Shown in pieces: positions 25,418 through 35,400 of a stretch of 64,000 nt of DNA. Made by a program: the position numbers and the translations under genes. Every line of letters starts with the position of its first letter. Within the stretch, counting starts at the first letter, position 1. The DNA lies in assembly GCA_028293125.1 (NCBI GenBank), contig JAQGPJ010000051.1:68036-132035 (forward strand). The letters run 5' to 3'. The DNA is from Verrucomicrobiales bacterium (lineage in GTDB: Bacteria; Verrucomicrobiota; Verrucomicrobiia; Verrucomicrobiales; V1-33). Under the pieces are notes generated by a model. It did no database searches. It saw only the letters and a list, made by a program, of their open reading frames with translations, and was not told the origin of the DNA.

Positions 25418-28114
25418 TCAACGGAGGGTGCCGCTGCGGACCGTGATCAGCCTGTCAGGCTGGATACGGCGTTTCAGGGCGGCGTTCACATCCTCCAGCC
25501 TCAGGGCGGCGACGGAGGCGGCGTAGTCATCGAGCCAGGTCAGGGGCAGGCCCCGTCGCACGGTTTTGATAATGGCGCCTGCCAAGTCCTCCGTGGTGGC
25601 CAGACCGACACGGTGGGATCCGATCATGGCGCTCTGGCGGTAGGCGAACTCCTGCGGGCTGAGGCCATTGGCATACCAGAGCCTGACCTCGCGCTCCGTG
25701 GATGCCAGGCCCCGCTCCAAAAGCTGGGGCGCGAAGGTGCTGCGGATGATCCAGCTGCCGTCCGTCCATGTGTCCTGCCCGGAGGCCGCGCCGATGCCGT
25801 AGGTCAGCCCCTCCGTGTCGCGCACGGTCCCGGTCAGCCGGCTGGTGAAGCCGCTGCCCAGGGCCGCGGTGGCCAAGGACAGCGCCAGGGAATCCGGGTC
25901 GGAGAATTTCAGGCCGGTGGGCTGGCCAATGATAACGCTGACACTTTCCTTGCCCGGGATGCTGACCGTTTTCACAGCCCCCCCTGAGAGCGGGGGAGCG
26001 GCGGCCACCTCCGCCGGCTGGCGCCCGCCTGTCCAGTTCTGAAAGGCTTTCATCACCTCCGCTTGGCAGACTGTGGTGTCGGTATCACCCACGATGGCCA
26101 TCACCGCCGCCGCGGGGCCGATCCATTCCTTGTGGAAAATGATGAGGTCCCTCTGTGAAACCTGCTTCAGCGCCGCGATGGTTTCATCCGGCAGCAGGCG
26201 GCGGTTGGGATGGTCCGCCGGAAAGACCGACTGGCTGAAGGCCACCCGCGCCTGGATATCCGTGTCGGCGCGGTTCTGCTCCGCCTCCGCAAGAAGCTGC
26301 ACCCGCAGTTTCTCGATTTCATCCGGTGGGAATGCCGGTGCGCGCAGCTCCTCGGCCAGCAGCCCCAGCACCAGTGGAAGATCTTTTTTCAGGCAGCGCG
26401 CGGAGAAATCCAGCATGCCGTCCGCGGCGGTGAACTCAATCGTGGCTCCCACTCCGTCCAGAATGGCGGCCAGCTGGCTGGCATCGTGTTTGGCGGTGCC
26501 TCGCTCCAGCATGCCGGCGAGAAAAGGAGCCAGGATGCGCTGCGCAGGGTCAAAGGCGGGGATGCCGCCGGTGATGGTCACCACGTCCTTCACGCCCGTG
26601 GGGCAGACCAGCAGATCCATGCCGCCAGTGCGGGTGCGGACAATGCGCGGGGCGATTTTCGCCACGTCGGCAGGAGGGGAAGCCGGAATATCCTGCGGAG
26701 GCACGGGACGACCGGGGGTTTCCGGCTGGTCACTGGCTTTGGCGGTGCCGGCCTCCTCTTTTTCCGCTGTCTCCCCGTCGCGGGGGACAAACCATCCGGT
26801 GGTGCTGCGGTCGGAGACCAGCCAGGCTTTGGCCACGCGCTGGACATCGGCGGGAGTCACTTTTTTCACCTCCGCGTCCGCGCTGTAATACATCGTCCAG
26901 TCGCCCACGGCGATGCATTCGTTCAGCCCTTCGGCCATGGCGAAGCAGCCGTCGCGGGAAAAGTCGGTGGCGGCCGTGATGCGGGCGATGGCGGAGGCGG
27001 TCTCGCCGGCGGTCACACCTTTCTCCTGCACCGAGCGGATCACGTCCAGGAGACGCTTCTCAACGTCCTCCGGTTTGGTGCCCGGCGTCAGTTCGGCGGA
27101 TATCTGAAGCAGGGAGGGATCGCGGTTGAAGCCGCTGGCCGCCGTGACTTCGGTGGTCAGGTTTTGATCCGTCAGCGCCAGATGGCAGCGGCTGTTGCGG
27201 CCATTGGTGAGGATGTCGCAGAGCACCGTGAGCGCCGCATAGTCCCCGTGCCGGGCAGGCGGGGATTTGTGGGCGATATTGACCACCGCCAGCTCCCCGG
27301 GCCGCTGCATGACCACGCGGCGCGGGCCGGTCTGAGGGGGCTCCACGGTGTAGACCTGCGGGATTTCGTGAGGGCTTTTCGGAATGACGCCGTATTTCTC
27401 CCGGATCAGTGCCAGCGCCTGCTCCGGCTGGAAATCGCCGATCACCGAAACCGTGGCATTGTCCGGCCAGTAGAAGGTGTCGTAAAAAGCCCGCAGCCGG
27501 CCGATGGGCACATTCTCAAAATCGCTGCGCCAGCCGATTGTGTTGTGGTGATAGGGATGCGCCAGGTAGGCGGCGGCCCAGATCTCCGTCTCCAGGGCGT
27601 TGGCGGGATTGTTCTCGCCGCGCTCATACTCATTGCGCACCACCGTCATCTCCGGGCGGCGGTCCTCCTCGCGCAGCCGCAGATTCCGCATGCGGTCGGC
27701 CTCCAGCTCCACCACCAGCGGCAGATCCTGCGGGCCGACGGTCTCAAAATAGTTGGTGCGGTCCAGCCAGGTCGTGGCGTTGGTCTCCGCCCCCGTCCGC
27801 TCCAGTATCTGATCAAAACCGTTGCCCGACTCCTTGTTGTGCTTCGCCGTGCCCTTGAACATCAGATGCTCCAGCAGATGCGTGGCGCCGGTGGTGCCGT
27901 AACTCTCATCGCGGGACCCGATGCGGTAGGTGACCATGAAGGTGACCGCCGGCGCAGAATGCTCCGGCAGCAGCAGCACCGTCAGCCCGTTGGACTCCAG
28001 CCGGTATTCGGTGATGTCCTCCACGGTCCGGACTTTGGTGAAGCCCGGTGATTCCGCCTGGGCGGCAAGGGGCAGTGCGGACATCAGGGACAGGAGCATG
28101 ACGGAACACCTCAT
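25418..28114 (-). CDS. Secreted M16 (pitrilysin/insulinase) family zinc peptidase, double-length (two M16 pairs fused)
   Basis: The signal peptide is MRCSVMLLSLMSALPLAAQA. The inverted zinc motif HxxEH appears in GATHLLEHLMFKGT. NATTWLDRTNYF and REEDRRPEMTVVRNEYERGENNP are typical M16 blocks. The second half is an inactive-type M16 repeat. Confidence 0.9.
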   Translation of the reverse strand: MRCSVMLLSLMSALPLAAQAESPGFTKVRTVEDITEYRLESNGLTVLLLPEHSAPAVTFMVTYRIGSRDESYGTTGATHLLEHLMFKGTAKHNKESGNGFDQILERTGAETNATTWLDRTNYFETVGPQDLPLVVELEADRMRNLRLREEDRRPEMTVVRNEYERGENNPANALETEIWAAAYLAHPYHHNTIGWRSDFENVPIGRLRAFYDTFYWPDNATVSVIGDFQPEQALALIREKYGVIPKSPHEIPQVYTVEPPQTGPRRVVMQRPGELAVVNIAHKSPPARHGDYAALTVLCDILTNGRNSRCHLALTDQNLTTEVTAASGFNRDPSLLQISAELTPGTKPEDVEKRLLDVIRSVQEKGVTAGETASAIARITAATDFSRDGCFAMAEGLNECIAVGDWTMYYSADAEVKKVTPADVQRVAKAWLVSDRSTTGWFVPRDGETAEKEEAGTAKASDQPETPGRPVPPQDIPASPPADVAKIAPRIVRTRTGGMDLLVCPTGVKDVVTITGGIPAFDPAQRILAPFLAGMLERGTAKHDASQLAAILDGVGATIEFTAADGMLDFSARCLKKDLPLVLGLLAEELRAPAFPPDEIEKLRVQLLAEAEQNRADTDIQARVAFSQSVFPADHPNRRLLPDETIAALKQVSQRDLIIFHKEWIGPAAAVMAIVGDTDTTVCQAEVMKAFQNWTGGRQPAEVAAAPPLSGGAVKTVSIPGKESVSVIIGQPTGLKFSDPDSLALSLATAALGSGFTSRLTGTVRDTEGLTYGIGAASGQDTWTDGSWIIRSTFAPQLLERGLASTEREVRLWYANGLSPQEFAYRQSAMIGSHRVGLATTEDLAGAIIKTVRRGLPLTWLDDYAASVAALRLEDVNAALKRRIQPDRLITVRSGTLR

Positions 28115-28251
28115 GCGCCGACTGTGAGGGCAATCCCAAAACCCGCCAGCGCGAATCGGGAGCGGGAGATTGAATTCCGTTCAGCAAAGGAGCTACCGGG
28201 ACATGCCGGGCCGGTTCCGCGCCATGGAAATGGCCGGGGAATGCAGCGTCA

Positions 28252-28845
28252 TCAGCCCAGCCCCAGTCCTGGAAACAAAATTTCCTCCACTTGGGCGCAG
28301 AGGATGTGCAGCAGCACCTGATGCCCCTCCTGGATATGCATGGTCTCGGCAGCGGGCACGGTCAGCGCCAGATCCGCAAGGGCGGCGGCCTTGCCCCCGT
28401 CCCGGCCCAACAGGGCAATGGAGAAAATACCCTTCTTCCGCGCCGCCTCCAGGGCGCGCAGGACATTGGGGGAATTTCCGCTGGTGGTGAAGGCCACCAG
28501 CACATCGCCCGGCTGGCCCAGGCCGGTGACCTGGCGGGCGAAAACCTCGTTGAAGCTGTAATCGTTGGCGGTGGCGGTGAGAAAGCCGGGATCGCCGGAA
28601 AGGTTCACCGCCGGCAGCGGGCGGCGGTCCTTCACCAGCCGGCACAGAAGCTCGGTGGTCAGATGTCCGCTCTCCGCCGCGCTGCCGCCGTTGCCGCAGG
28701 CCAGAATCTTTCCGCCCGCCGCCAAGGCGTCGGCCATGCGCCGGGAGGCCCCGGCCACAGCTGGTTCCAGACTCCGGAGACTGGCGATGGCGGCCAGGCT
28801 TCCATCGATAAGCTGTGAAAAAAGATTGGGGGTCATGCCCGCCAC
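28252..28845 (-). CDS. gmhA: D-sedoheptulose-7-phosphate isomerase (SIS domain)
   Basis: 197 aa. Conserved GmhA/DiaA-type SIS blocks are KILACGNGGSAAESGHLTTEL, GDVLVAFTTSGNSPNVLRALEAARKKG and MHIQEGHQVLLHILC. Confidence 0.85.
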   Translation of the reverse strand: MAGMTPNLFSQLIDGSLAAIASLRSLEPAVAGASRRMADALAAGGKILACGNGGSAAESGHLTTELLCRLVKDRRPLPAVNLSGDPGFLTATANDYSFNEVFARQVTGLGQPGDVLVAFTTSGNSPNVLRALEAARKKGIFSIALLGRDGGKAAALADLALTVPAAETMHIQEGHQVLLHILCAQVEEILFPGLGLG

Positions 28846-28970
28846 GTCTGCCCCCGCCCGTCGGTGGTCACAAACGGAAAAGCGGTCCCGCCCCTTTCGG
28901 GGCCGTTATGCCCTGCCGTGCTTTGCTTTGCGCTTCCGGCATCGTCCAGCCTCAATGCGGAAAGTGCGCC

Positions 28971-29004
28971 CGGCGGTGGAGCCGGACGCACTTTCCCATT
29001 GGGT
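28971..29004 (-). terminator. Strong hairpin downstream of the EF-hand gene (putative terminator)
   Basis: AAAGTGCGCCCGGC / GGTGGA / GCCGGACGCACTTT forms a 14-bp stem with one mismatch. It lies about 60 bp downstream of the stop at 29063. The U-tail is weak (stem-terminal UUU only). Confidence 0.4.
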
Positions 29005-29062
29005 TGCGCAGAAAGAATGAGAAACGGGTCGCCAGCAAAGGGACGCGCCGTTCCTTTGAGCC

Positions 29063-30037
29063 TTACTGGGCTGGCGGAGCTTCAGGGGCCGGAGCGGAAG
29101 CGGGTTCAGCGGAGGGGTTTTCCATCGAAGCTGCGGCGGGAGCCTTCAGTTCCAGTGCTGGAGCCGGGGCCGGCGGAGGAGCCAACTCAGGCGCAGGACC
29201 TCCACCATGGGGCAGAGGAGAAGGACGCAGTGCCGCCACTTCCGGGCCGCCAACCTCATTTTCCTCCTGCCCGATCATGGGACCACCGGGCCCTTCGGGA
29301 GGCGGAGGCAGGACGGCGCCTTCAGGGCGGGGGCCCCAAAACATTCCTGGACGGTGATGCGGCGGGCCATCCCCTTCCGGACGGGGACCACGGAATTCAT
29401 CCCGTCCATCCCGTCCATCCCTGTCCGGCCCATGAAACCCGCCCCGGCCTTCACCGCCGAAACCACGCGGCCCGGCACCGGGGAATGGCGGGTGAAAATC
29501 CCGGAAACCGGCTTCCGGGCGGGGGCCGCGAAAATCAGCGGGGGGACCACCGGCCATCACTCCCGGAAAGGCACGGTCCGAGCCCGGCCGGCCGCCGCGG
29601 TTCCAGGACAGACGGGGATCGCCGCCCTCCTGCGGACCTTCATGGCGCACGCCTTTGCCGGGACGGTGAGGGCGTCCGTCGCCCTCACCGCCGGGACCGC
29701 CCGGAATGCCGGGACCGTTCGGGTCCCTGGGAGGCAGGGGCGGCATGGGCGGGCGGAGCTCATCCTTGCTGACCTTGCCGTCGCCGTCCTTGTCCAAGGT
29801 TTTGAGCGAGGCGGAGGCGTTGGCGATTTCCTCGGGGGAGAGCTCGCCATCCTTGTTGGTGTCCAGAGCCACCATCAGTGGCCCCAGGAATGACGGGCGC
29901 GGTCCGCGGGGACCGTGGGGGGCTTCCGGTCCGGTGGGCGGACCGTCGGGGCCGGCCTGGGGCCGGGGAGCGCCGGGCGGCTGGGCATACAGGGAGGCTG
30001 CGGAAGCCAGCGCGAAGGTGAGGATGAGCAGTTTCAT
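29063..30037 (-). CDS. Secreted EF-hand protein with an extensive Pro/Gly-rich low-complexity region
   Basis: The signal peptide is MKLLILTFALASAASLYA. Two canonical EF-hand loops are DTNKDGELSPEE and DKDGDGKVSKDE. The remaining roughly 230 aa is P/G/R-rich (GPRPEG, DGRDGRDE repeats). Confidence 0.7.
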   Translation of the reverse strand: MKLLILTFALASAASLYAQPPGAPRPQAGPDGPPTGPEAPHGPRGPRPSFLGPLMVALDTNKDGELSPEEIANASASLKTLDKDGDGKVSKDELRPPMPPLPPRDPNGPGIPGGPGGEGDGRPHRPGKGVRHEGPQEGGDPRLSWNRGGRPGSDRAFPGVMAGGPPADFRGPRPEAGFRDFHPPFPGAGPRGFGGEGRGGFHGPDRDGRDGRDEFRGPRPEGDGPPHHRPGMFWGPRPEGAVLPPPPEGPGGPMIGQEENEVGGPEVAALRPSPLPHGGGPAPELAPPPAPAPALELKAPAAASMENPSAEPASAPAPEAPPAQ

Positions 30038-30257
30038 GGCATCAGTTGGAGTTCAGTGTTTGGTTGGAGGTGCGGGAGCGTCGCCCCCTTTCACTTCCAT
30101 ACGAAAGCACCCCAATGTTAAGACATCGTGTTCCGCCCCCGGCTGAAGTGTAAAGCTGGTGTTAATCCCGCCGGAGCCCGCAGGAAACCGGCCGGCAGGA
30201 CCGGAACAGCAGGGTTTTTCCCTTCGGTTTTGCCCGGTTTTCCCTGCCGCGCCCCGT

Positions 30258-30839
30258 TCAGGCCCATTCATTCATCGGACGATCGGCCAGGCCGGCATGG
30301 ACCAACAGATGCCGCAGGATCAGCAGAGTGGCCACCGCATCGTAAAGCGCATCGTGGTAACGCCGGCCCGGACAGGCCGCCGCCAGCTCCTCCTGCAGCC
30401 CGGCGGAGCGGATCAGCGTCTGCAGCGAATAATCGGGCACCCCCGGCCAGAACCGCCGCGCCAGCACCAGAGTGTCCACCCAGGGACCGAATCCATGCAG
30501 CGGAAAGACCCGCAGAAACCGCTTCTCCGTCCCTGCCCCGTGGGCCACCACCACCCGTCCACCGCCCAGACCATCCCTCACCCGCGGCCACAGACTGGCC
30601 AGGGACGGGGCTCCCGCCAGATCCGCCGTGGTGATGCCATGGACCTGACTGGCCTGCCAGGTGACGGGCCGTTCGGTGGCCAAATACGACACAAACGCCC
30701 CGTCCGGGTCCAACTCCAGTCCCCGCATGACCGCCATGCCGATCTGCACCGGAGTGTCGGTGCCGCCTTTGGTCACCCCGGCGGATTCGAAATCAATGGC
30801 GGCAAAAACGGTTTGGCCCGCATTGTTGGAGACTGGCAT
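30258..30839 (-). CDS. DEDDh 3'-5' exonuclease (DnaQ/epsilon-like)
   Basis: ExoI is AIDFESAG, ExoII is VVAHGAGTEKRFL, and ExoIII is YHDALYDAVAT. Confidence 0.75.
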   Translation of the reverse strand: MPVSNNAGQTVFAAIDFESAGVTKGGTDTPVQIGMAVMRGLELDPDGAFVSYLATERPVTWQASQVHGITTADLAGAPSLASLWPRVRDGLGGGRVVVAHGAGTEKRFLRVFPLHGFGPWVDTLVLARRFWPGVPDYSLQTLIRSAGLQEELAAACPGRRYHDALYDAVATLLILRHLLVHAGLADRPMNEWA

Positions 30840-30991
30840 AACAGCGGATCCGCCCGGCTCCGGGAATTTCCGGTGAAGCCAGGGCGGGAGGATGGTTCAT
30901 GACCCCATCCTGGAGGGTCCCCGCGCGGCGGCAACCTGATTTGCAGTGCCTTTCAGCCGGCTGCCCGCTGTTCCCCGCACAGCCGGCATCC

Positions 30992-32122
30992 TCACTTCGG
31001 GGTCCAGAACAGATTGCCGAATTTGGTGCCCTCATACGGCGAGCTGAAACTCACGGTCATGGCCTCATCAGGAGCTGTCACCTCTCCAAACATCTCTCCG
31101 GCCCGCGTAGCCGTGATCTTTCCCTTTTTTCGGACCAGGGTGATGCGCTGCCAGCCGGCGGGAGCCCCGTAGGAGATGCCCGCGGTGGTGTTGCCGCCTT
31201 TAAACTCCAGTTTGAACTGGCCGATCTGCTCTTCCGGTCCGCAGACGTCAAAAATCAGGGTGCCATCCCCGGCCAGCGGCTGCTCCAAATTCAGTGCCGC
31301 CTCCGCGCCCGGGCTGATCAGCGTCCAGTCCTCCGGCTTCCAGTTTTTATCCGCCGCTCCTCCGGCTTTCCAGCCGCGCAGGCTGCGGCCATCGTAAAGC
31401 TTCCGGGAATCCTCTGCAAGCGGGGCGGTCTGCTCGTCCGTGGCTTTGCCTCCCGGCAGTAGTTTGATCCGGACATTCCGCCAGTCCACGGGCGATCCCT
31501 CGGACTCCAAGCCGATATACCCCTTGCGCCAGACACAGTCCTCCCCGCCCGAAACATCCTTGCCGTTCACCGCCAACCGGATGGTGCCGTCCTGAGAGGT
31601 GATGCGGTAGTGGTTCCACTCTGGCGTTCCCTTGCTGCGGTTCTCCGTGGGGAAGCTGCGCATGCCCTTGCTGGGCGGGAAAGGCTTCATGGTGGATCCG
31701 TGGATCGCGAACACATCCCCGTGCGTGGTATACCAGTCGGAGGTGCCGTAACCATTATCCAGCACCTGCACTTCAATCGCCCGCAGAAATGGCTGGCCGG
31801 GAGCCGGCAGGGCGCTGGCCCAGATAAAAATGCCGGCATTGCCTCCGGACTTCAGATGCCGCCATTCAGCCTCCAGCACGAAGTTCTCGTACTGCTTCAC
31901 CGTCCGCAGGGCGCACACCGGCTGGCCGTCGCAATGGATCAGACCGTCCGCCACGGTCCAAGTCTCCGGCGAACCGTTCACATTCACCCAGCCCGTGAGG
32001 TCCCTACCATTGAAAAGCGGGGCGAATCCGGAGTCCGGCGCCTGCTCCTCCGCCCCGGCGGGCGGGGAAAAAGCGGTCAGAAGACAAACAGCGGGAAAAA
32101 ACAGGGAAAAGAAGCGGCGCAT
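30992..32122 (-). CDS. Secreted DUF1080 (3-keto-disaccharide hydrolase-like) domain protein
   Basis: ATG at 32122 gives the signal MRRFFSLFFPAVCLLTAFSPPAGA. The DUF1080 pattern is FAPLFNGRDLTGWVNV...WTVADGLIHCDG...YENFVLEAEWR...GNAGIFIWA...GYIGLESEGSPVDWRNVRI. A second partial copy (LYDGRSLRGWKA...) follows. Confidence 0.8.
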   Translation of the reverse strand: MRRFFSLFFPAVCLLTAFSPPAGAEEQAPDSGFAPLFNGRDLTGWVNVNGSPETWTVADGLIHCDGQPVCALRTVKQYENFVLEAEWRHLKSGGNAGIFIWASALPAPGQPFLRAIEVQVLDNGYGTSDWYTTHGDVFAIHGSTMKPFPPSKGMRSFPTENRSKGTPEWNHYRITSQDGTIRLAVNGKDVSGGEDCVWRKGYIGLESEGSPVDWRNVRIKLLPGGKATDEQTAPLAEDSRKLYDGRSLRGWKAGGAADKNWKPEDWTLISPGAEAALNLEQPLAGDGTLIFDVCGPEEQIGQFKLEFKGGNTTAGISYGAPAGWQRITLVRKKGKITATRAGEMFGEVTAPDEAMTVSFSSPYEGTKFGNLFWTPK

Positions 32123-32472
32123 GATCCCTTCATAACGTCGGAGGAGCATGAATTTCCCGCAAAAAAGACGGCGGATTCCGGCTCAATTCCGTCAGTGCCG
32201 CCTTTTTATTTCTATTTTGATATATTGAACAACCAACCGGAATAATCGCAATAAACGCTGGAAAAAACGCTCCGCCCTGTCATGAGAACAGGTCTGTGGC
32301 ACCGCCGCCGCGGGAAATAGGGCGGGGCCACCTGTTCAAAACGGGGCTCCGGTCCCGCCGGAACCCCATCCCCGGCATCCGGTATCCTCCAAGGGGCGGG
32401 AGGCCGTTCAGATTCTGCGCACTTCCCCTGTTTTTAACGCTCCACGGCAAACCTCCTGCTTTCCTAACTTTA

Positions 32473-35400
32473 ATGGCAATCCACATCGCGCTCCTCCACC
32501 GATCCGTTTACACCTACGACCGCCCCACCGTCCACGGCCCGCACGTGGTGCGGCTCCGCCCGGCCCCCCACTGCCGCACCCCCATCCTCGCCTACTCGCT
32601 GAGGGTGGAGGGCGGACCGCACTTTCTGAACTGGCAGCAGGACCCCTTCTCGAACTATCTCGGCCGGCTGAATTTCGAGGAACCCATGACCTCCCTCGTC
32701 ATCGAGACCTCGGTGGTGGCGGAGATGGCGGTTTACAATCCCTTCGATTTCTTCCTAGAGGAGAGCGCGGAGGACTTTCCGTTCGCCTATGACGAGGCCA
32801 CCGCCAAGGAGCTGGCCCCCTTTCTGGAGAAAAGCCCGTCCACTCCGGAGTTTGCCAAATACAACGACGCCATCGACCGCACGAAGCGCCGCACCATCAA
32901 TTATCTGGTCGATCTGAACACCCGGCTCTCCCAGGACATCAGTTATCTGATCCGTCTGGAGCCCGGCGTGCAGACCCCGGAGGAGACGCTGACGCTGAAG
33001 TCCGGCTCCTGCCGCGACACCGCTCTGCTTATGGTTCAGCTGCTGCGCCATCAGGGGCTGGCCGCCCGTTTTGTCAGCGGCTATCTCATCCAGCTGAAAC
33101 CCGATGTGAAATCGCTCGACGGCCCCTCCGGCGCCAGTGTCGATTTCACGGACCTCCACGCCTGGTGCGAGGTTTACCTTCCGGGCGCGGGCTGGGTTGG
33201 ACTGGACCCCACTTCCGGGCTTTTGGCCGGGGAGGGCCACATCCCCCTGGCCTGCACACCGGAACCGTCGGCGGCGGCTCCCATCAGCGGCGCCACGGGA
33301 ATCTGTGAGAGCAAATTCACCCACCACATGGAGGTCACGCGGATTTTTGAATCTCCCCGTGTCACCAAGCCTTATACTGATGAACAGTGGGAGGCTATCG
33401 AATCCCTGGGCCATAAAATCGACGCCGACCTGACAGACAATGATGTGCGGCTGACCATGGGCGGCGAGCCCACCTTCGTCAGCATCGACGACATGGATGG
33501 CGAGGAGTGGAACTTCACCGCCGTCGGCCCCGCCAAGCAGGCGCTTTCCCTCACCCTGCTGCGCCGGCTCAGGGATGTGTTCGCCCCGAACGGCCTGCTG
33601 CACCACGGCCAGGGCAAATGGTATCCCGGCGAGTCCCTGCCCCGCTGGTCCTATGGCTGCTGGTGGCGGCGCGATGGCCAGCCCCTGTGGCGCGATCCCT
33701 CCCTGCTGGCGGATCCGGCCGGTGACCAGGGACATACCACGGAGGACGCCGAAAGCTTTATGACCACCCTGGCGGAAGCCCTTCAGGTGACCGGCGATCA
33801 CATCATGCCCGGCTATGAGGACGCCTGGTACTATCTCTGGCGTGAAAACCGCCTGCCTGGTAACGTTGACGTGCTTGAATCCAATCTCAGCAGCAAGGAG
33901 GAGAGAGAGCGTCTGGCCAACGTTTACACGGACGGCCTGAACCACATTGTGGGTTACGTCATGCCCCTGCGCCGGGCTTCCGATGGCGGCGGAGCCTGGC
34001 TCACCGGGCCTTGGTTCCTGCGGCGCGGGCACCTTTTCCTGACTCCCGGGGACTCCCCGATGGGCCTGCGCCTGCCGCTCGACTCCCTTCCATGGGTGAA
34101 GGAGTCGGAAATGCCGGTGATTCACGAGCCCGATCCCATGGCCGATGTGCCACCCTTGACGGATAGTCCGGATGCTGCTGCCGCCGCCTGCCCGGGCACG
34201 TCGCAAGTGGAGGCCTCCCCCTCCGAAACCAACACGGCGGAAGCCACGGGTGCCGGTGACAGCGAAAGCGAAAATGGCGGCGATGACACGCCGCCCATGC
34301 CGGCGGCGGACCGCGCCGCGGCGGAATATGCCGAAAAGAATGCCGCCGCCACGGAAAAGCTCTCCCCCCGCGAAGCTGTGCTCCGCGAGGCGGCCGCCGC
34401 GGCTGAAGCCGCCGCCACTGCGGCGGTGGTGCCCACCGTCTCCGTCCTTCCCGTGCCTCCCCTCGTTGATCCGGAAAAACTTCAGGCCGAAGTTTCACGC
34501 GAGCCCGGCCGGCAGCAAAGCGCCCCCTGGGTCATCCGCACGGCCCTGTGCGTCCAGGCCCGCAGGGGAAATGTCCATGTTTTCCTGCCTCCGGTCGCCA
34601 CTCTGGAGGACTACCTTGAGCTGGTGGCCGCCGTGGAGACCACGGCGGCCCGGCTCAAAATGCCCGTCATTCTGGAGGGCAGCGCGCCGCCGAATGATGT
34701 GCGTCTCCAGAATTTGAAGGTCACCCCCGACCCCGGCGTCATCGAGGTCAATCTCCAGCCCGCCTTCTCCTGGGATGAACTGGTGAACAACACGACCGTG
34801 CTCTACGATCAAGCCCGCCTGACCCGGCTGGGCACGGAGAAATTCATGATCGACGGACGCCATGTCGGCACTGGCGGCGGCAACCACTTGGTGGTGGGCG
34901 GCAACACGCCCGCTGACAGTCCCTTCCTGCGCCGGCCCGACCTGCTGCGCAGCCTCATCGCCTATTGGCAGAACCATCCCTCCCTGTCCTTCCTCTTCAG
35001 CGGTCTCTTCATCGGGCCCACCAGCCAGCATCCCCGCATCGATGAGGCGCGGAATGACTCACTTTATGAACTGGAGCTGGCCTTCCAGCAGATTCCGGAA
35101 GAAGGCCTTGTGCCGCCCTGGTTGGTGGACCGCGTGTTCCGGAACCTGTTGATCGACGTGGCCGGCAACACCCACCGCGCCGAGTTCTGCATCGACAAGC
35201 TCTACTCCCCGGACAGCTCCACCGGGCGTCTGGGTCTGCTGGAGCTGCGGGCCTTTGAAATGCCGCCGCACGCACGCATGAGCCTGGCCCAGCAGCTGGT
35301 CCTGCGCGCCCTCATCGCCCGTTTCTGGAAGAAGCCTTATCATCAGGATCTGGTCCGCTGGGGCACGGAACTGCACGACCGCTTCATGCTGCCGCACTTT

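Noticed and set aside
26210-28051. 613-aa plus-strand ORF antisense to the M16 peptidase
   Set aside because: It has no motifs and an Arg/Gly/His-rich composition. The minus strand has HxxEH and the full M16 architecture.
32161-32210. Terminator-like hairpins (GACGG/CCGTC and GGCGG/CCGCC) flanked by A6 and T5 runs in the DUF1080 / DUF2126 divergent region
   Set aside because: The stems are only 5 bp with large loops, and no upstream gene exists on either strand to terminate. A leader or attenuator role cannot be supported from sequence alone.
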